From contig CAZXUH010000001.1 in the NCBI GenBank assembly GCA_964644035.1, positions 461,720 to 525,719 on the forward strand: 64,000 bases of DNA, read 5' to 3'. Of the stretch, positions 9,832 through 19,256 are shown one piece after another. The notes under the pieces are model-generated. The model worked only from the letters and a program-made list of their open reading frames with translations, had not been told where the DNA came from and did not search any database. The DNA is from an uncultured Candidatus Saccharibacteria bacterium (lineage in GTDB: Bacteria > Patescibacteriota > Minisyncoccia > Phycocordibacterales > DAORIS01). Both the position numbers and the translations under genes were made by a program. Within the stretch, counting starts at the first letter, position 1. Each line of letters begins with the position of its first letter.

Positions 9832-11076
9832 ATGAATGAAGATTGGGATGTAGTGGTTATTGGTGGCGGTCCTGCAGGTATGATGGCAGCCGGCAGAGCG
9901 GCAGAACGTGGTGCAAAAGTGCTACTTTTGGAGAAAAATGACAGCTTGGGAAAGAAGCTGCTCATCACAGGAGGCGGCAGATGCAATGTCACCAATGCCG
10001 AGCTCGACACCAGAAAGCTTTTGGCAAAATTCAAAGATAATGACAAATATCTTTTTTCTGCTTTTTCGCAATGGAGTGTAAAGGAAACACTGGATTTCTT
10101 TCACTTGAAGCAAATGGATACGAAAATAGAAAATCTATTGCGTGTATTCCCTGTCAGCAACAAATCTCAGTCTGTTTGGAATGTACTTGTAGAATATTTG
10201 CAGCAAGGCAAGGTTACCGTGCGATCAAATACTCCTGTTACCGGTTTTGAAACTGAAGGCAACAATATTGTCGCAGTAAAACTTAAAGGAAAAGAGAAAA
10301 TATCTGCCAAGCAATTTATTTTGGCTACTGGTGGCAAATCTCGTCCAGAAACAGGTTCGACTGGGGATGGTTTTGAATGGTTGAAACACATCGGACATTC
10401 TGTCGCCGAATCGGACGCAGCGCTCGTGCCAATTGCTATCAAAGATGAATGGGTCAAACGTCTGCAAGGCGTGACGCTACAGAATGCAAAAATCACTCTT
10501 TTGCAAAATGACGCCAAACAAGCCACGAGTGCTGGCCGAGTATTGTTTACGCATTTTGGAATTTCGGGTCCAACCATACTCAATATGAGTCGCGACGTGA
10601 GCGAACTTTTAAAATACGGCGACGTCGTAGTATCACTCGACATACTTCCCAACCTCGACTATGGTCAGCTCAATGAAAAGCTTCAAGAAGTGTTCAAAGA
10701 GCATAGCAATAAAAAATTCAAAAATAGTTTGAGTACTCTCGTCTCTCCTGCCCTCGCACCAATCGTTGTCGAGCTTTCAGGTATTGATCCTGAAACCTGG
10801 AGTCATAGTGTCACACGTGAACAGCGTCTCGAACTTGTACAATTTCTCAAGGCAATACCACTGCACGTCGAAGGATTGCTTGGGGTTGAAAAAGCAATCG
10901 TCACTTCAGGCGGCGTAAAGCTCGATGAAGTCGATTTCAAAACTATGCGTTCACGTCTTTTCCCAAATCTTCTTTTGGTTGGAGATATTTTAAATATCGA
11001 TCGCCCTTCTGGTGGCTACAGCCTACAACTATGCTGGACCACAGGTTTCGTAGCGGGCAATTCGATTACTCTATAG
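9832..11076 (+). CDS. HI0933/BaiN-like FAD-dependent oxidoreductase (NAD(P)/FAD-binding flavoprotein)
   Basis: DVVVIGGGPAGMMAAGRAA Rossmann motif and the overall HI0933-family pattern. Start taken at MNEDWD; the ORF track begins 18 nt earlier. Confidence 0.7.
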   Translation: MNEDWDVVVIGGGPAGMMAAGRAAERGAKVLLLEKNDSLGKKLLITGGGRCNVTNAELDTRKLLAKFKDNDKYLFSAFSQWSVKETLDFFHLKQMDTKIENLLRVFPVSNKSQSVWNVLVEYLQQGKVTVRSNTPVTGFETEGNNIVAVKLKGKEKISAKQFILATGGKSRPETGSTGDGFEWLKHIGHSVAESDAALVPIAIKDEWVKRLQGVTLQNAKITLLQNDAKQATSAGRVLFTHFGISGPTILNMSRDVSELLKYGDVVVSLDILPNLDYGQLNEKLQEVFKEHSNKKFKNSLSTLVSPALAPIVVELSGIDPETWSHSVTREQRLELVQFLKAIPLHVEGLLGVEKAIVTSGGVKLDEVDFKTMRSRLFPNLLLVGDILNIDRPSGGYSLQLCWTTGFVAGNSITL

Positions 11077-11085
11077 GATATTTTC

Positions 11086-11559
11086 CTACCTCCCCTCGAC
11101 TTCTTTTTCATACAGATTTGCCTCAAGTTTTTCTTTTCTCAGTTCAACTCTGACGATTGCAAATAGACTCATATACACATTGGCGATAGCAACGAGACTA
11201 AAACCTGAAATGATATACCCTCTCCAATCATCGAAAAGTAGTTTGTACCCAGTCAAAATAAGAAATGCGATTGTTACATAATGACTAAAACAGTATTCGC
11301 AGGTAAATAAATAGAAGAATTTTCTGGTAAAAAGAGATTTGCCAATTTTACTTTTCCTAACACACCACTCTCTCGGCTCGCGAAATATTTCTTCATGCGT
11401 AACTGTCCACGATACTGCCGCAACGGGCAAAGCGATTACAAAAAGATAGATAATATCAAACCAGATTTGGTTCATAAATATAAATATTAGAGTATAAATT
11501 AACTGTATCACCCTGAATATTTTATTCAATCCAAATTGACAACTATCCTCCAAACACAT
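11086..11559 (-). CDS. Hypothetical polytopic membrane protein
   Basis: 157 aa, four hydrophobic helices, no recognisable motif. Confidence 0.4.
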   Translation of the reverse strand: MCLEDSCQFGLNKIFRVIQLIYTLIFIFMNQIWFDIIYLFVIALPVAAVSWTVTHEEIFREPREWCVRKSKIGKSLFTRKFFYLFTCEYCFSHYVTIAFLILTGYKLLFDDWRGYIISGFSLVAIANVYMSLFAIVRVELRKEKLEANLYEKEVEGR

Positions 11560-11600
11560 AATCTGTGACGCAGAACCTTAACCCCTTTTGGAGGATAGTT

Positions 11601-12359
11601 ATGGGCAAGTACGATAGCAATATTGCACGACAGAACTTTGAAGCATTGAGCAAGAATCCTTATCCAGGCCGAGGCATCGTCGTTGGCGTGGATGAGACGG
11701 GAGAAAGTATGATTCAGATTTACTGGATCATGGGCAGGAGCGAGAACAGCCGAAACCGCATTTTCAGCGCCGACAAATCATTCCTGGGCCGGATCTTTAC
11801 GGAGCCCGTCGACGCGTCAAAAGTCACCGACCTGAGCCTCACCATTTACAATGCAATGGACGAGGCTCACGGTCAGTGCATTGTCAGCAACGGCAATCAG
11901 ACCGATACTGTCACTGAGCAGCTCAAGAGCCGGAAAACTCTCGGCCTCGCATATATGCTCAGGGAATGGAAATACGAGCCTGATTCACCCAACTTCACCC
12001 CGCGCATTACCGCCATCAGCTCTTTTGGGATCGATGGCAAGTCAGATCCGCAAGTCTCATTTCTCACACTTAAAAAATGTGCGAACAATGACAGCTGTCA
12101 ACAAATTGGTCAGATGCACTTCTCGATCCAAAAAGGCTTCGGCTTCTGTGTCACCACCTACACCGGTGATGGCAATCCCTTGCCTTCGTTCGACGGCAAT
12201 CCGCTGCTCATGCCACTGACTGGCAATTCTGAAGCGATTGCCCAGACGTACTGGCGTGCACTCAACGAAGAAAACCGTGTCTCGCTCGTCGTCAAGACAA
12301 TCCCCCGCTCAAGTCCGACGACGGTTCGGATCATCAATAAGTTCAGCAAAATCGCCTGA
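11601..12359 (+). CDS. IMP cyclohydrolase-like protein (PurO family, NTN-hydrolase fold)
   Basis: Matches to archaeal PurO as I recall it: GRGIVVG...RSENSRNR, IVSNGNQTDTV, FTPRITAI. Start moved to the ATG at 11601, which follows a strong GGAGGATAG SD. Confidence 0.55.
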   Translation: MGKYDSNIARQNFEALSKNPYPGRGIVVGVDETGESMIQIYWIMGRSENSRNRIFSADKSFLGRIFTEPVDASKVTDLSLTIYNAMDEAHGQCIVSNGNQTDTVTEQLKSRKTLGLAYMLREWKYEPDSPNFTPRITAISSFGIDGKSDPQVSFLTLKKCANNDSCQQIGQMHFSIQKGFGFCVTTYTGDGNPLPSFDGNPLLMPLTGNSEAIAQTYWRALNEENRVSLVVKTIPRSSPTTVRIINKFSKIA

Positions 12360-12373
12360 TACTTCACACCAAA

Positions 12374-12408
12374 ACCCCCGAGAAAATTCTCGGGGGTTTA
12401 TTATTTGT
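12374..12408. terminator. Bidirectional Rho-independent terminator (CCCCCGAG-loop-CTCGGGGG, then TTTATT)
   Basis: Perfect 8-bp GC stem flanked by T-runs, between convergent genes. Confidence 0.6.
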
Positions 12409-12456
12409 ATAAAAAAACTTCCGGACAATTCCGGAAGTCTTGAGATCGATAGAAAA

Positions 12457-12711
12457 CTAATACCCGCGTCTCGCAGGATGCGAACGCAATCTTCTATCGG
12501 GAAAGCCATGTTTTCTCTCTCGCGCAGCGTGATTCTCCCGTATTTCAACCGCTGCCTCAGCAATAGCTCGGATCTCATCCTCGTCACCGCGCACGAGAGC
12601 GCTGCGCAAGATACGCAGAACGTTCTGAGAGTTTTCTGTCGCACTATCGACTGTTTTTTGCTCGATCAGTGGGTCGAGAGCTTCCGCCAATTCAACTTTG
12701 TTCATAACCAA
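12457..12711 (-). CDS. Hypothetical small acidic/helical protein encoded on a GC-rich island
   Basis: 84 aa. AAAGGA SD 8 nt upstream of the ATG at 12711. Own terminator hairpin at 12412-12436. GC clearly above the flanks. Confidence 0.4.
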   Translation of the reverse strand: MVMNKVELAEALDPLIEQKTVDSATENSQNVLRILRSALVRGDEDEIRAIAEAAVEIRENHAARERKHGFPDRRLRSHPARRGY

Positions 12712-12798
12712 GTCCTTTCGTAGAGGGTTTATTGATCCGCTGCTAATATTACTCGGAAAGCAGCCTTGTGCAAGATGCAGATAAAAAATTAGATTGCA

Positions 12799-13362
12799 TC
12801 AAACAGACAGTTCTTTTAATATTTTGCTGACCTCTTCGATTGGCAAACCAATGATATTTGACTCACTTCCCTCTATTCTTTCGACAAACTTATGACCATT
12901 GAGTTGGTACGCATACGCTCCTGCTTTTTTAAGAGCTTCACCTATTTTTGTATATTCAACAATTTCTTCTGCTGGAATTTTTCTAAACCAAATTTTTGTT
13001 TCAACCGATTTAGTAATTTCTTTTTTATGTTTAGTATCAATCACAGTCAAACCAGTGATCATTGAGTGCATATTTCCACTTAGCATCGACAACATTTCTA
13101 TTGATCGATCTTCGGTGTGAGGTTTACCCAAAACTTGACCATCAAAAACTCCGAGAGTATCTGCGCCAATAACAATCGCATCTTGATGTTTAGCAGCTAC
13201 AGATCTCGCCTTACCTAGAGACAGATGCATAGTGAGCTGCTCTGGAGACATCGGCAATGTCATATCTTCCTCAAAATTACTTGGAATAACTTCAAATTCA
13301 ATACCTGCATCCTCAAGCACTTTTTTCCTTCCTGCAGATTCTGAAGCGAGAATTATTTTCAT
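12799..13362 (-). CDS. maf: Maf-like nucleoside triphosphate pyrophosphatase (septum formation protein Maf)
   Basis: MKIILASESAGRKKVLE... matches the Maf N-terminus. Start moved to the internal ATG at 13362; the longer ORF would overlap the upstream gene. Confidence 0.75.
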   Translation of the reverse strand: MKIILASESAGRKKVLEDAGIEFEVIPSNFEEDMTLPMSPEQLTMHLSLGKARSVAAKHQDAIVIGADTLGVFDGQVLGKPHTEDRSIEMLSMLSGNMHSMITGLTVIDTKHKKEITKSVETKIWFRKIPAEEIVEYTKIGEALKKAGAYAYQLNGHKFVERIEGSESNIIGLPIEEVSKILKELSV

Positions 13363-13372
13363 ATAATTTATT

Positions 13373-13879
13373 TTATTGCCCATTCTCCCAAGTTCGAGCC
13401 ATATATCGAGCTTTATTTCCAGACAATACATATAAGGCTTTCTCAACATTGCGATCACGAGCTTCTTTGGATTTGAGCCACGATAGATATCTTAAAATTT
13501 CTTTCTTTCGACTTGGAATCAGGGCTTCCCAGGCTTTCTTGGCAATCTTATTTTTTGATAAAGGAATTCGAAACCACGATGGTATCGGATGCATCGGACC
13601 ATTTTTATATTTCTCATCAAAAGATATTTCTACTTTGACCATATCTCCTACTTTTGTACGAGAAGCCTTACGCACATCGCCATGCAAATATAAGTAAAAA
13701 TTCCCATCACCGATCGGCATCATATTGATGCGCCAGGCTTTTTCAGGCTTACCATTGATCCTGATCAATACAGGAAGTGCTTTTCGCCATTTGGATCTAA
13801 TAGTAGCGACTTGCGCGGCACTGACATGCACATATGGATTGCCGTTGTATATCTTTATTTCAGAAGTAAACTTGAGCAT
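13373..13879 (-). CDS. DUF1905 + YdeI/OmpD-associated (bacteriocin-protection-like) family protein
   Basis: 168 aa. The N-terminal beta-rich DUF1905-like region and the C-terminal YLSWLKSKEARDRNVEKALYVL tail are typical of the YdeI family. Confidence 0.5.
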   Translation of the reverse strand: MLKFTSEIKIYNGNPYVHVSAAQVATIRSKWRKALPVLIRINGKPEKAWRINMMPIGDGNFYLYLHGDVRKASRTKVGDMVKVEISFDEKYKNGPMHPIPSWFRIPLSKNKIAKKAWEALIPSRKKEILRYLSWLKSKEARDRNVEKALYVLSGNKARYMARTWENGQ

Positions 13880-13903
13880 TTACTCATTATATCAATTGAA
13901 GCT

Positions 13904-15139
13904 CTACTCGTATCGGAGAGCTTCCATCGGACTTTTTGCAGCCGCGCGTTTTGCGGGATAGATACCAAAGGCGAGACCGATAGCAGCTGAAACACCAAGA
14001 CCAAGGAGTGCTGCAGAGATTGGGAATGCAAATGTCCAACCAGCTGCGACATACGTACTCAGAACTATCGATGCCAGAAATGATATACCTGCTCCAAGCA
14101 AGATTCCGATCACACCACCAAGACCGGTGAGCATGACCGATTCAATAAGAAATTGAGAAAGAATATCACCTTCGGTCGCTCCGAGAGCTTTGCGAAGACC
14201 GATTTCACGCGTACGTTCTGTAACCGACACAAGCATGATATTCATAATACCAATACCTCCGACAACAAGAGAAATACCAGCAACAGATCCAAGGAGTGCT
14301 TTGAGCACGGTCGTAATTGTTCCAATGATTTCTACAGCATCGGCTTGAGTCGTAATATGAAAGTCATCATCTTTTGCATCAGTAATATCGTGAGACTCAC
14401 GAAGCGTGGCTTTGATATCAAAAAGTACACGAGGTAATATTTCTTTTGTTTCGGCGCGCACGATAATAGCATTGAAATGATCAGCGCCGCTGAGATATTG
14501 CTGTACGGTTGTATACGGAATGACAACCATTTTATCGACATTGAGAAGTGATTGGCCTTCTTTTGGAAATATACCGATCACCCTAAATGACTGATCTTTT
14601 ATTCTTATACTCTGCCCTATCGGATCGGATAGTCCGAAAATATCTTCTTTGATTTCTGCACCGAGCACCACGACACGTGATTTCTGCCTGACATCATCGA
14701 TAGTGAAAAATTCTCCAATATTTGGGTAGATCGTAAGAATATCTTCAAATACTTCAGACGCTCCAGTGACAGCTCCACGCTCTGTCTTGCCTTCATACAA
14801 AATAGTGACTGGCACCGTAACAAGCGGTGTCATATCTTTTACACCCTGGACATTTGAAGGTTTGCTGAGTGCATCGATATCTCTCTGTTTGAGAGAGTCT
14901 GTATAAAGTTCGGCATAATCGGACGGTCCGCTTGGCTGTTTGCCTGGTTCGATATTGATCGTTGTCGCACCAAGACCTTCTACTTGTTTAAGAATAAGAT
15001 TTTCTGCTCCCTGACCCATGGCCATGACGATGATGATCGATGTAATACCGATCACGATACCAAGAATCGTAAGAAGTGATCGAGATTTGTTTGTCGAAAG
15101 ACCAGTATATGCAGTTTTTACTCTGTGTTTGAGAAGCAT
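13904..15139 (-). CDS. MacB/FtsX-family ABC transporter permease (MacB periplasmic domain + FtsX-like 4-TM domain)
   Basis: 411 aa. N-terminal TM, large extracytoplasmic domain, C-terminal three-TM FtsX-like fold. Adjacent to a MacB-type ATPase. Confidence 0.8.
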   Translation of the reverse strand: MLLKHRVKTAYTGLSTNKSRSLLTILGIVIGITSIIIVMAMGQGAENLILKQVEGLGATTINIEPGKQPSGPSDYAELYTDSLKQRDIDALSKPSNVQGVKDMTPLVTVPVTILYEGKTERGAVTGASEVFEDILTIYPNIGEFFTIDDVRQKSRVVVLGAEIKEDIFGLSDPIGQSIRIKDQSFRVIGIFPKEGQSLLNVDKMVVIPYTTVQQYLSGADHFNAIIVRAETKEILPRVLFDIKATLRESHDITDAKDDDFHITTQADAVEIIGTITTVLKALLGSVAGISLVVGGIGIMNIMLVSVTERTREIGLRKALGATEGDILSQFLIESVMLTGLGGVIGILLGAGISFLASIVLSTYVAAGWTFAFPISAALLGLGVSAAIGLAFGIYPAKRAAAKSPMEALRYE

Positions 15140-15140
15140 A

Positions 15141-15857
15141 TTATTTTGAGAAATTATCAGCTGCGATTCGGCGATTGTCGACTCTCTTATCGCTTTCTAT
15201 ATTTCCGTCTTTGATTCTAATCGTTCTCTTGGCATGTTCGGCTGTCGATGTTTCGTGAGTAATAAGCAAGACAGTGTGTCCCTCATCATTGAGTTTCTGA
15301 ATAATTTCCATAACAGCCTTGCCTGATTTTGAATCAAGGTTGCCTGTTGGTTCATCGGCAAAAATAATACTTGGATTGTTTACCAACGCTCTTGCAATAG
15401 CAACACGCTGCTTTTCTCCACCAGAGAGTTGTGCTGGTTCAAAATCAATACGATGCGAGAGTCCTACTGCATCGATAGCTTTTCGAGCACGTTCATTCCA
15501 CTCTGATTCTGGAACATCAGAATATAGAAGTGGCAGTTTTACGTTTTCCAATACTGACGTACGAGCCAAGAGATTGAATGCTTGGAAAATAAAACCGAGC
15601 TTATTGTTGCGAATCTTAGCTACTTCTTCTTTGCTATATGTTGAGACTTCTTTGCCTTCAAAAATATATTCTCCACCCGTGTGAAGATCGAGAAAACCAA
15701 GAATCTGTAGCAAAGTAGATTTGCCCGAACCAGATGGTCCCATTACTGCCAAGAATTCTCCTTTTTCAAGAGTGAAATTGATACCGTGAAGTACGGGAGT
15801 TTCCGTACCTTCGCCATAATACGTTTTCTTAAGATTTTTTAATTCCAGAAGAGCCAT
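15141..15857 (-). CDS. ABC transporter ATP-binding protein (MacB/LolD type)
   Basis: Walker A GPSGSGKST, signature LSGGEKQRVAIARA, Walker B IIFADEPTGNLD. Confidence 0.85.
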   Translation of the reverse strand: MALLELKNLKKTYYGEGTETPVLHGINFTLEKGEFLAVMGPSGSGKSTLLQILGFLDLHTGGEYIFEGKEVSTYSKEEVAKIRNNKLGFIFQAFNLLARTSVLENVKLPLLYSDVPESEWNERARKAIDAVGLSHRIDFEPAQLSGGEKQRVAIARALVNNPSIIFADEPTGNLDSKSGKAVMEIIQKLNDEGHTVLLITHETSTAEHAKRTIRIKDGNIESDKRVDNRRIAADNFSK

Positions 15858-15862
15858 GGATA

Positions 15863-17374
15863 TTATTTACCTTCGCTAAATACGATCACTTTGTCTCCTT
15901 CGGTCAAACCACTAATGATTTCCACACTACCGTTTGATCCACGAAGTCCTGTCTGAACTGGTTTGTCTTCTACTACTTCCCCTACCTGAACTTGGACATA
16001 TTTATTGCCATTCTTGATAAACACTGCACGCTGAGGAACAGCGAGCACATTGTCTTTTCTTTGTCCTTTGACGATAAGATTGGCGGTCATACCAGATTTG
16101 ATACGATCATCTTTATCTACGAACTGAAATGTAGTCTTGTAGGTGGCAACACCATCGACAACCGTTTCTGCAGGATCAATAGCGGTTACTGTAGCCTTAA
16201 ATACTACATCACTGTCATAGGCATCGAGTGTGACGTCGGTCTCAGCACCTAGAATGATTTTGGCCATATCAGCTTCTGGGACATTGGCTTCGATTTCAAA
16301 CTGATTTGCCGAGATAACAGATACAACAGGCGTTGAAGCTGAAATACTTTCTCCTACTTTTGCTTTTACATCGGTCACGATTCCATTGACTGGAGATTTA
16401 ATAGTTCGATTGTTGATCTGTACCAAGATATCCTGAATATCGAGTTCTGCTTGTTCGATATCGATTCTGCTTATCTGTGTGTCGCGATTTTCATTGTTGA
16501 TCGAACGACGAGATTCATTGATAGCATTTTGAACACGAGTGATTTCCGACAAGAATCCATTGGTGCTTGAAGTAAATTCGTCGAGCGTTGCAAGATCGCG
16601 ATCTATTTCATCGGGTACCGGAGCGTCGGTATTGTCTTTGACATATTTTACGAGCGTTCGGGTATCTTTGACGATATCCGAGAGTGTTTTAGTAATAGTG
16701 TATGTTTTAGCAAGCATGGCTTCGAGTGCTTCTGGTGATGCATTGCGAGAAAAGCCCGTATAAGAAGTTTCGACTACACCAAAAGAAATCTTTGCACGAT
16801 CAAAACGTGCTCCGATCGATTCTTTATTTTCTCGAGCATTGGTACTTATATTGCGAACATTTGTATCTGAGAAGTACGGAGAATATGAAGTTTGATAAAA
16901 TATATTGTCGAATTCAGAAATAATATCTGGCAATTCTACGAATGTATCCGAAATCGCATTGAAGCCATCTTCATATGTCTTAGCGAGTGTTTCTTGTGCC
17001 GTTGCTGCTGTTCCCTGTTCAAAAGCGAGTCGAGCCTTTGCCAATGCAGCTTGCTGACGTGCAAGACGTACTTGCAAATCGGCGCTGTCTACTCGGACCA
17101 ATATTTGTCCTGTTGTTACTTCCTGACCTACTTTGACTGCAACCGAAGATACCCTTCCGCCTGATTGTACTGAAAGTGCAACATCTTCTGCAGGACGTAC
17201 TCGGCCAGTAACATCTACTTCTTGTGAGACTGTCTGTGGAGCCAAAACAATCGTTTCGCCCTGCACCTTTGGCTTTCCTCCGCCAAATACAACAGCACCA
17301 GCAATAATCAACACCAAAATAAGAGTTGGTATCGAGAATTTGTAATTTTTTATGAATCGTTTAATTTTTCCCAT
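15863..17374 (-). CDS. HlyD-family periplasmic adaptor (membrane-fusion protein) with long coiled-coil insert
   Basis: N-terminal TM, lipoyl/beta-barrel motifs at both ends, and a roughly 250-aa coiled coil in the middle. First gene of the adaptor–ATPase–permease operon. Confidence 0.7.
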   Translation of the reverse strand: MGKIKRFIKNYKFSIPTLILVLIIAGAVVFGGGKPKVQGETIVLAPQTVSQEVDVTGRVRPAEDVALSVQSGGRVSSVAVKVGQEVTTGQILVRVDSADLQVRLARQQAALAKARLAFEQGTAATAQETLAKTYEDGFNAISDTFVELPDIISEFDNIFYQTSYSPYFSDTNVRNISTNARENKESIGARFDRAKISFGVVETSYTGFSRNASPEALEAMLAKTYTITKTLSDIVKDTRTLVKYVKDNTDAPVPDEIDRDLATLDEFTSSTNGFLSEITRVQNAINESRRSINNENRDTQISRIDIEQAELDIQDILVQINNRTIKSPVNGIVTDVKAKVGESISASTPVVSVISANQFEIEANVPEADMAKIILGAETDVTLDAYDSDVVFKATVTAIDPAETVVDGVATYKTTFQFVDKDDRIKSGMTANLIVKGQRKDNVLAVPQRAVFIKNGNKYVQVQVGEVVEDKPVQTGLRGSNGSVEIISGLTEGDKVIVFSEGK

Positions 17375-17480
17375 GTGTATTGAGACTGATTTGATAAGTT
17401 TTAAAAGATTATAGCACGTTTTTCCAAAAAATCAATAGAAAATCTAGCAGAAAGCCGTGTGATCAACTTGCGATCAACTC

Positions 17481-17873
17481 CTAATAAGACGCTTCAGATG
17501 CCGCTTTATTACCCTTCAATCGAGCACCGAGCCAGACGCTAGGCAATGCCAGCACAACAAGTCCCCATGAATACCACGCTGGACCAAGATCAGCATTGGC
17601 AATAGCTCCTGCTGTACCTGCTACTAAACCGACAAAACCAAGAATAATTGCATGCTTCATAGGACGCTCCGGTGCAAGTGTTGCTGTTACGTAACCACCC
17701 AGCACTGTGTAGACCGTTCTATAAAACAATGCGAGCAAAAGAAGCGAATAACTGAACACCGCTCCATCTGGAAAAATATTGAATTTGTGAAGAATAGCGT
17801 CGGTACCAATAGAGAGAATAACTACTGTCAAAAATCCGAGAAAAATTGCTCCTATGCTTTTTAGTATTTTCAT
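17481..17873 (-). CDS. Hypothetical 4-TM membrane protein
   Basis: Hydrophobic 130-aa protein. Start taken at MKILKS. Confidence 0.35.
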   Translation of the reverse strand: MKILKSIGAIFLGFLTVVILSIGTDAILHKFNIFPDGAVFSYSLLLLALFYRTVYTVLGGYVTATLAPERPMKHAIILGFVGLVAGTAGAIANADLGPAWYSWGLVVLALPSVWLGARLKGNKAASEASY

Positions 17874-17887
17874 ATCGTTTGATTGTA

Positions 17888-17922
17888 TCAAAAAAGCCGC
17901 GGGTAGTTTTCCCCGCGGCTTG
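17888..17922 (-). terminator. Rho-independent terminator (AAGCCGCGGG-loop-CCCGCGGCTT)
   Basis: Perfect 10-bp inverted repeat followed by TTTTTT on the minus strand. Confidence 0.6.
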
Positions 17923-17933
17923 GTTCATGGCGA

Positions 17934-18530
17934 TCAATAGAGAGACGCCATCACTTCTTGGATCCATTGGAGCATTTCCTTGGTCTGGCATGGCTGTCCA
18001 ATGACGGCGTCGAAGTTGTTGGACTTCACCCATTCAGGTCCGAGTTCGGACGCGTTCTTGCTCATCGCAATGAGCTTCGTCATCAACGTAGCCGCATTGC
18101 TTTTCACGAAGACCTTGATCTCAGTCGCCTTCTCGACATGATCGACGTTGACGAAGATAACGTGCGGCTGGAATTCTTGAATGACGACCGAAGACATGAG
18201 TCCAAACTTCGTTGTCTGGACCACATACCCTTCCTCCTTCTCGATAAGAGCCTTGGGTATTTCGTAGACGTCAGGATCGACATCAATAATGAGCACCCGC
18301 ACCTGCGGTCCGACCAGAAAAATTCGAAGATCTCTGAGTGGTATCCCATGCTTCTGCATGAATGGAACCAAGTTCCTGACCTCGACCCGCCGATCCCGGC
18401 TACCCGGCAATCGATACCCTTTCAACAGGTCTTTATCGACCCATTTACTGACAGTTCGAGGTGCAACATTGCAGATTTTTGCAATCTGACCCGTGGTCAA
18501 CGTTTCATCCTTTGCTACCACAGAACCCAT
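17934..18530 (-). CDS. HTH_17 (excisionase/MerR-type helix-turn-helix) + CheY-like receiver-domain protein, GC-rich
   Basis: TTGQIAKICNVAPRTVSKWV is an excisionase-type HTH. The receiver-like region follows (VLIIDVDPD...IFVNVD...K). GC is well above the background. Start taken at MGSVV. Confidence 0.5.
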   Translation of the reverse strand: MGSVVAKDETLTTGQIAKICNVAPRTVSKWVDKDLLKGYRLPGSRDRRVEVRNLVPFMQKHGIPLRDLRIFLVGPQVRVLIIDVDPDVYEIPKALIEKEEGYVVQTTKFGLMSSVVIQEFQPHVIFVNVDHVEKATEIKVFVKSNAATLMTKLIAMSKNASELGPEWVKSNNFDAVIGQPCQTKEMLQWIQEVMASLY

Positions 18531-18623
18531 AACGTGCCTCCATTCGGTTAACAACGCGACTTTCGAGCCGCTCTTCTCGCCACACATTACAACACAAATT
18601 CGGGTTAGGCAATAATGGATCTA

Positions 18624-18659
18624 CTTAAAATAAAGACGTCCAAGAAATTGGACGTCTTT
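18624..18659 (-). terminator. Rho-independent terminator (AAGACGTCCAA-loop-TTGGACGTCTT)
   Basis: 11-bp perfect inverted repeat plus TTTATTTT on the minus strand. Confidence 0.6.
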
Positions 18660-18678
18660 AAAGTGATCAGTTCGGTTT

Positions 18679-19131
18679 CTACTGCAGTGATTCGACGACA
18701 CTAAAGAAGTCAGGAAGTGCTTTCTTGAGCTCAGCACTTGGTGGCTCATCAAATATCTTCGCGATTTCCTCCGGAGTAAGAGGGCGTTGTGGTGCCTTGT
18801 TCCACGCAACAGTCTCTGCGCAAACAGAATCCAAGTATTTCAGCCCTTTTTGACGTAGTGGAGTGTTCACCTCGGATAATTTCTCAGCTAGAGTAGCAAA
18901 GAACTCCAGTGGAGTTTGTCCCTTTCCGCCAATGGTAAACTCTTTCAGTTTTGCGGCCGCTTCTGCTGAGAATTCACCCTTCGCAACTCCGAGGGGATCT
19001 GTTAGAAGTGTGAAAGAAACAAGACCTTTTGCTTCTTCACCCTTAAGCCACTCGACCATGTCCACAATACCCGGACAACCCACTTCCTTAAATATCTTTT
19101 TCAGATTTTCCGTATCAATCGTCTCTGCCAT
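18679..19131 (-). CDS. Hypothetical soluble protein, GC-rich
   Basis: 150 aa. AAAGGAG SD 7 nt upstream of the ATG at 19131. No recognisable motif. Confidence 0.4.
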   Translation of the reverse strand: MAETIDTENLKKIFKEVGCPGIVDMVEWLKGEEAKGLVSFTLLTDPLGVAKGEFSAEAAAKLKEFTIGGKGQTPLEFFATLAEKLSEVNTPLRQKGLKYLDSVCAETVAWNKAPQRPLTPEEIAKIFDEPPSAELKKALPDFFSVVESLQ

Positions 19132-19256
19132 CGTATCTCCTTTCAAAAGAATAGATTCTCATAACAGACTAAAGGAATTCCAGATTGTGTCAATAAATTA
19201 GGTAATACGAAATTTTTCTTGCTTAAATATTCTCTCGGAGTAAGATGAGAACAGAG

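Noticed and set aside
9792-10046. Antisense and overlapping ORFs such as 9792..10046, 10167..10652, 20964..21374, 24883..25575, 36273..36980, 57150..57785, 59361..59960
   Set aside because: Each lies entirely inside a well-supported gene on the opposite strand, with low-complexity or Cys/Ser-rich translations and no SD. Treated as noise.
12238-12723. Plus-strand ORF 12238..12723 (161 aa)
   Set aside because: It overlaps the 3' end of the PurO-like gene and is antisense to the SD/terminator-supported 84-aa gene. Its Arg/Ser-rich composition is typical of a GC-rich frame shadow.
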